From positions 9,862,480 to 9,926,479 of the forward strand of contig OZ037771.1 in assembly GCA_964035545.1 (NCBI GenBank): a stretch of 64,000 bases of DNA, in the 5' to 3' direction. Made by a program: the position numbers and the translations under genes. Positions 60,101 through 64,000 of the stretch are shown here, one piece after another (the first letter of the stretch is position 1; every line of letters begins with the position of its first letter). The stretch comes from Bugula neritina. Its lineage: Eukaryota; Animalia; Bryozoa. Under the pieces are notes generated by a model. It was not told the DNA's origin. It was given only the letters and a program-made list of their open reading frames with translations, and ran no database searches.

Positions 60101-63100
60101 ATATACTGCAACATACTGAAACGTACTGCAACATACTGAAACTAATTGCAACATATCGAAGTATATCGTAAAATACGGACATGTACTGTAACATACTCAA
60201 ACACACTGAAACATACTGAAACATACTGAAACATACTGAAACATACTGAGATACACTGCAACATACTGCAACATACTGAAATACACTGTAACATGATGAA
60301 ATACACTGCAACACATTGAAATATACTGCAACAAACTGAAATATACTGCAACATACTGAAACGTGCTGCAACATACTGAAATACATTGCAATATATCGAA
60401 GTATGTCGTAATATACGGACATGTACTGTAACATACTGAAACACACTGAAACATACTGAAACATACTGAGATATACTGAAATATACTGAAATACACTGTA
60501 ACACATTGAAAAATACTGCAACATACTGAAGGACACTTCAACTCACTGAAGTATAGTGTAATATACAGAAATGTACTGTAACATACTGATATTTACTGTA
60601 ACACACTGAAATATACTGCAACATACTGAAATACACTGTAACATACCGAAATAAACTGCAACATAATGCAACATACTGAATTACACTGTAACATACTAAA
60701 ATACACTGCAACATTCTGCAACATACTTCAACGTACTGAAAGACACTGTAACATAATGAAATACACTGCAACACATTGAAATATACCGCAACAGACTGGA
60801 ATATACTGCAACACATCCAAGTACATCGTGATATACGGACATGTACTGTAACATACTGGAACATACTGAAACATACTGCAACATTCTGAAGTACACTGTA
60901 AAATATTGAAATACACCGCAACAAACTGCAACATACTCAAGTACACTGTACATATTGAAAAACACTGCAACACACTGAAATATACTGCAACACACTGAAA
61001 TATACTGCAAAATACTGAATTATACTTCAACATACTGCAACATACTGAAAGACACTACAACTCACTGAAGTATAGTGCAATATACAGAAATGTATTCTAA
61101 CATACTGATATTTAATGTTACACACTGAAATATACTACAACATACTGAAATACACTGCAACATACCGAAATAAGCTGCAACATACTGCAACATACTGAAA
61201 TACACTGTAACATGATGTAGTACACTGCAACACATTGAAATATACTGCAACAAACTGATATATACTGCAACATACTGAAATGTACTGCAACATACTGAAA
61301 TACATGGCAACATATCGAAGTATATTGTAATAAACGAACATGTACTGTAACATACTGAAACACACTGAAACATACTACAACATACTGAAACATACTGAAA
61401 CATACTGAGATACACTGCAACATACTGCAACATACTGAAATACACTGTAACATGATGAAATACACTGCAACACATTGAAATATACTGCAACAAACTGAAA
61501 TATACTGCAACATACTGAAACGTGCTGCAACATACTGAAATACATTGCAATATATCGAAGTATATCGTAATATACGGACATGTACTGTAACATACTGAAA
61601 CACACAGAAACATACTGAAACGTACTGAGATATACTGAAATACACTGTAACACATTGAAAAATACTGCAACATACTGAAAGACACTTCAACTCACTGAAG
61701 TATAGTGTAATGTACGGAAATGTACTGTAACATACTGATATTTACTGTTACACACTGAAATATACTGCAACATACTGAAATACACTGTAACATACCGAAA
61801 TAAACTGCAACATAATGCAACATACTGAATTACACTGTAACATACTAAAATACACCGCAACATTCTGCCACATACTGCAACATACTGAAATACACTGTAA
61901 CAGGATGAAGTACACTGCAACACATTGAAATACACTGCAACAAACTGAAATATACTGCAACATACTAAAATACATTGCAACATATCGAAGTATATCGTAA
62001 TAAACGGACATGTACTGTAACATACTGAAACACACTGAAACATACTGAAACATATTGAAACATACTGAAACATACTGAAATACACTGCAACTTACTGCAA
62101 CATACAAAAACATACCGTAACATGATGAAATACACTGCAACACATTGAAATATACTGCAACAAACTGAAAAATACTGCAACATACTGAAACGTACTGCAA
62201 CATACTGAAATTAATTGCAACATATCAAAGTATATCGTAATATACGGACATGTACTGTAACATACTGAAACACACTGAAGCATACTGAAACATACTGAAA
62301 CATACTGAAACATACTGAAACGTACTGAGATACACTGCAACATACTGCAACATACTGAAAGACACTTCAACTCACTGAAGTATGGTGTAATATACGGAAA
62401 TGTACTGTAACATACTGATATTTACTGTAACACACTGAAATATACTGCAACATACTGAAATACACTGTAACATACCGAAATAAACTGCAACATAATGCAA
62501 CATACTGAATTACACTGTAACATACTAAAATACACTGCAACATTCTGCAACATACTTCAACGTACTGAAAGACACTGTAACATAATGAAATACACTGCAA
62601 CACATTGAAATATACCGCAACAGACTGGAATATACTGCAACACATCCAAGTACATCGTAATATACGGACATGTACTGTAACATACTGGAACATACTGAAA
62701 CATACCGCAACATTTTGAAGTACACTGTTAAATATTGAAATACACTGCAATAAACTGTAACATACTGAAGTACACTGTACATATTGAAAAACACTGCAAC
62801 ACACTGAAATATACTGCAACACACTGAATTATACTGCAAAATACTGAATTATACTTCAACATACTGCAACATACTGAAAGACACTACAACTCACTGAAGT
62901 ATAGTGCAATATACAGAAATGTACTCTAACATACTGATATTTAATGTTACACACTGAAATATACTACGACATACTGAAATACACTGCAACATACCGAAAT
63001 AAGCTGCAACATACTGCAACATACTGAAATACACTGTAACATGATGTAGTACACTGCAACACATTGAAATATACTGCAACAAACTGAAATATACTGCGAC

Positions 63101-64000
63101 ATACTGAAATGTACTGCAACATACTGAAATACATTGCAACATATCGAAGTATATCGTAATAAACGGACATGTACTGTAACATACTGAAACACACTGCAAC
63201 ATACTGCAACATACTGAAGTACACTGAAATATACTGAAATACGCTGTAACACATTGAAAAATACTGCAACATACTGAAAGACACTTCAACTCACTGAACT
63301 ATAGTGTAATATACGGAAATGTACTGTACCATACTGATAATTACTGCAACACACTGAAATATACTGCAACATACTGAAATACACTGTAACATACCGAAAT
63401 AAACTGCAACATAATGCAACATACTGAATTACACTGTAACATACTAAATTACACTGCAACATTCTGCAACATAGTTCAACGTACTGAATATACTGTAACA
63501 TAATGAAATACACTGCAACATACTGCAACATACTGAAGTACACTGTAAAATATTAAAATACACTGCGACACATTGGAATATACTGCAACACAGTGAAATA
63601 TACTGTAACATACTGAAACATGAGCAATATACTGAAAGATGCCCCAACATACTCAAATACACTGCAAGAAACTGCAACATTCGTAAATACACTGTAACAT
63701 ACTGAAATACACTGAAACATACTGCAACATAGTGAAGTACACTGTAAAATATTCAAATACACTGCAACACATTGAAATACACTGCAACACACTGAAATAT
63801 ACTGCAACATACTGAAATGTACTTCAACATAATGAAAAACACTGCAACATATCAAAGTATATCGTAATATACAGACATGTACTGTAACATACTGAAACAT
63901 ACTGAAACATACTGAAACATACTGAAATACACTGTAACAAACTGAAATACACGGCAACAAGTTGGAATATACTGCAACATACCCAAGTATATGGTAATAT
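48180..64000. repeat. 10-bp-period complex satellite array, right arm (same family and orientation; runs off the window edge)
   Basis: Same units and modules as the left arm. It resumes at exactly the base where the left arm was interrupted (..CATTCTGCAA | insert | AACATATTGAAA..). Confidence 0.98.

Noticed and set aside
255-63960. Hundreds of minus-strand ORFs (up to 340 aa) rich in C, Y, V, S, F and Q, resembling Cys-rich or membrane proteins
   Set aside because: The core 10-mers lack TCA/TTA/CTA on the + strand, so all three minus frames stay open together and translate to the same 10-aa words. Indels follow 10n rather than 3n. This is a satellite artefact.
1-64000. Identity with a known telomeric repeat or a named 10-bp satellite such as Drosophila AATAACATAG
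   Set aside because: The unit has no G-run and differs from the named satellites I know. A species or family assignment needs a database search.

Overview
Eukaryotic-type satellite DNA, not a gene-rich region. About 58.6 kb of the window (1-42823 and 48180-64000) is one strand-biased array built from a 10-bp unit (AACATACTGC / AATATACTGA / AACATACTGA family). It is organised hierarchically: 10 bp > 20-bp dimer > ~240-bp monomers in a-b-c order > 0.3-1.4 kb landmark-bounded blocks > recent 1.5-7 kb duplications. One 5356-bp unique, AT-rich insert (42824-48179) interrupts it. The insert has imperfect 20-bp terminal inverted repeats (CACAGC...GCTGTG) and a 2-bp AA target-site duplication, and two paralogous empty sites are present in the window. 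It is best read as a young CACTA/EnSpm(CMC)-like DNA transposon. I cannot recognise a transposase in it. It appears to carry spliced, + strand gene-like sequence: a candidate 5-exon ORF of ~140 aa and possible 18-21 nt micro-exons, both speculative. The several hundred Cys/Tyr/Val-rich minus-strand ORFs in the ORF track are artefacts of the satellite. The organism cannot be determined from this sequence. All alignments and coordinates were worked out by eye.
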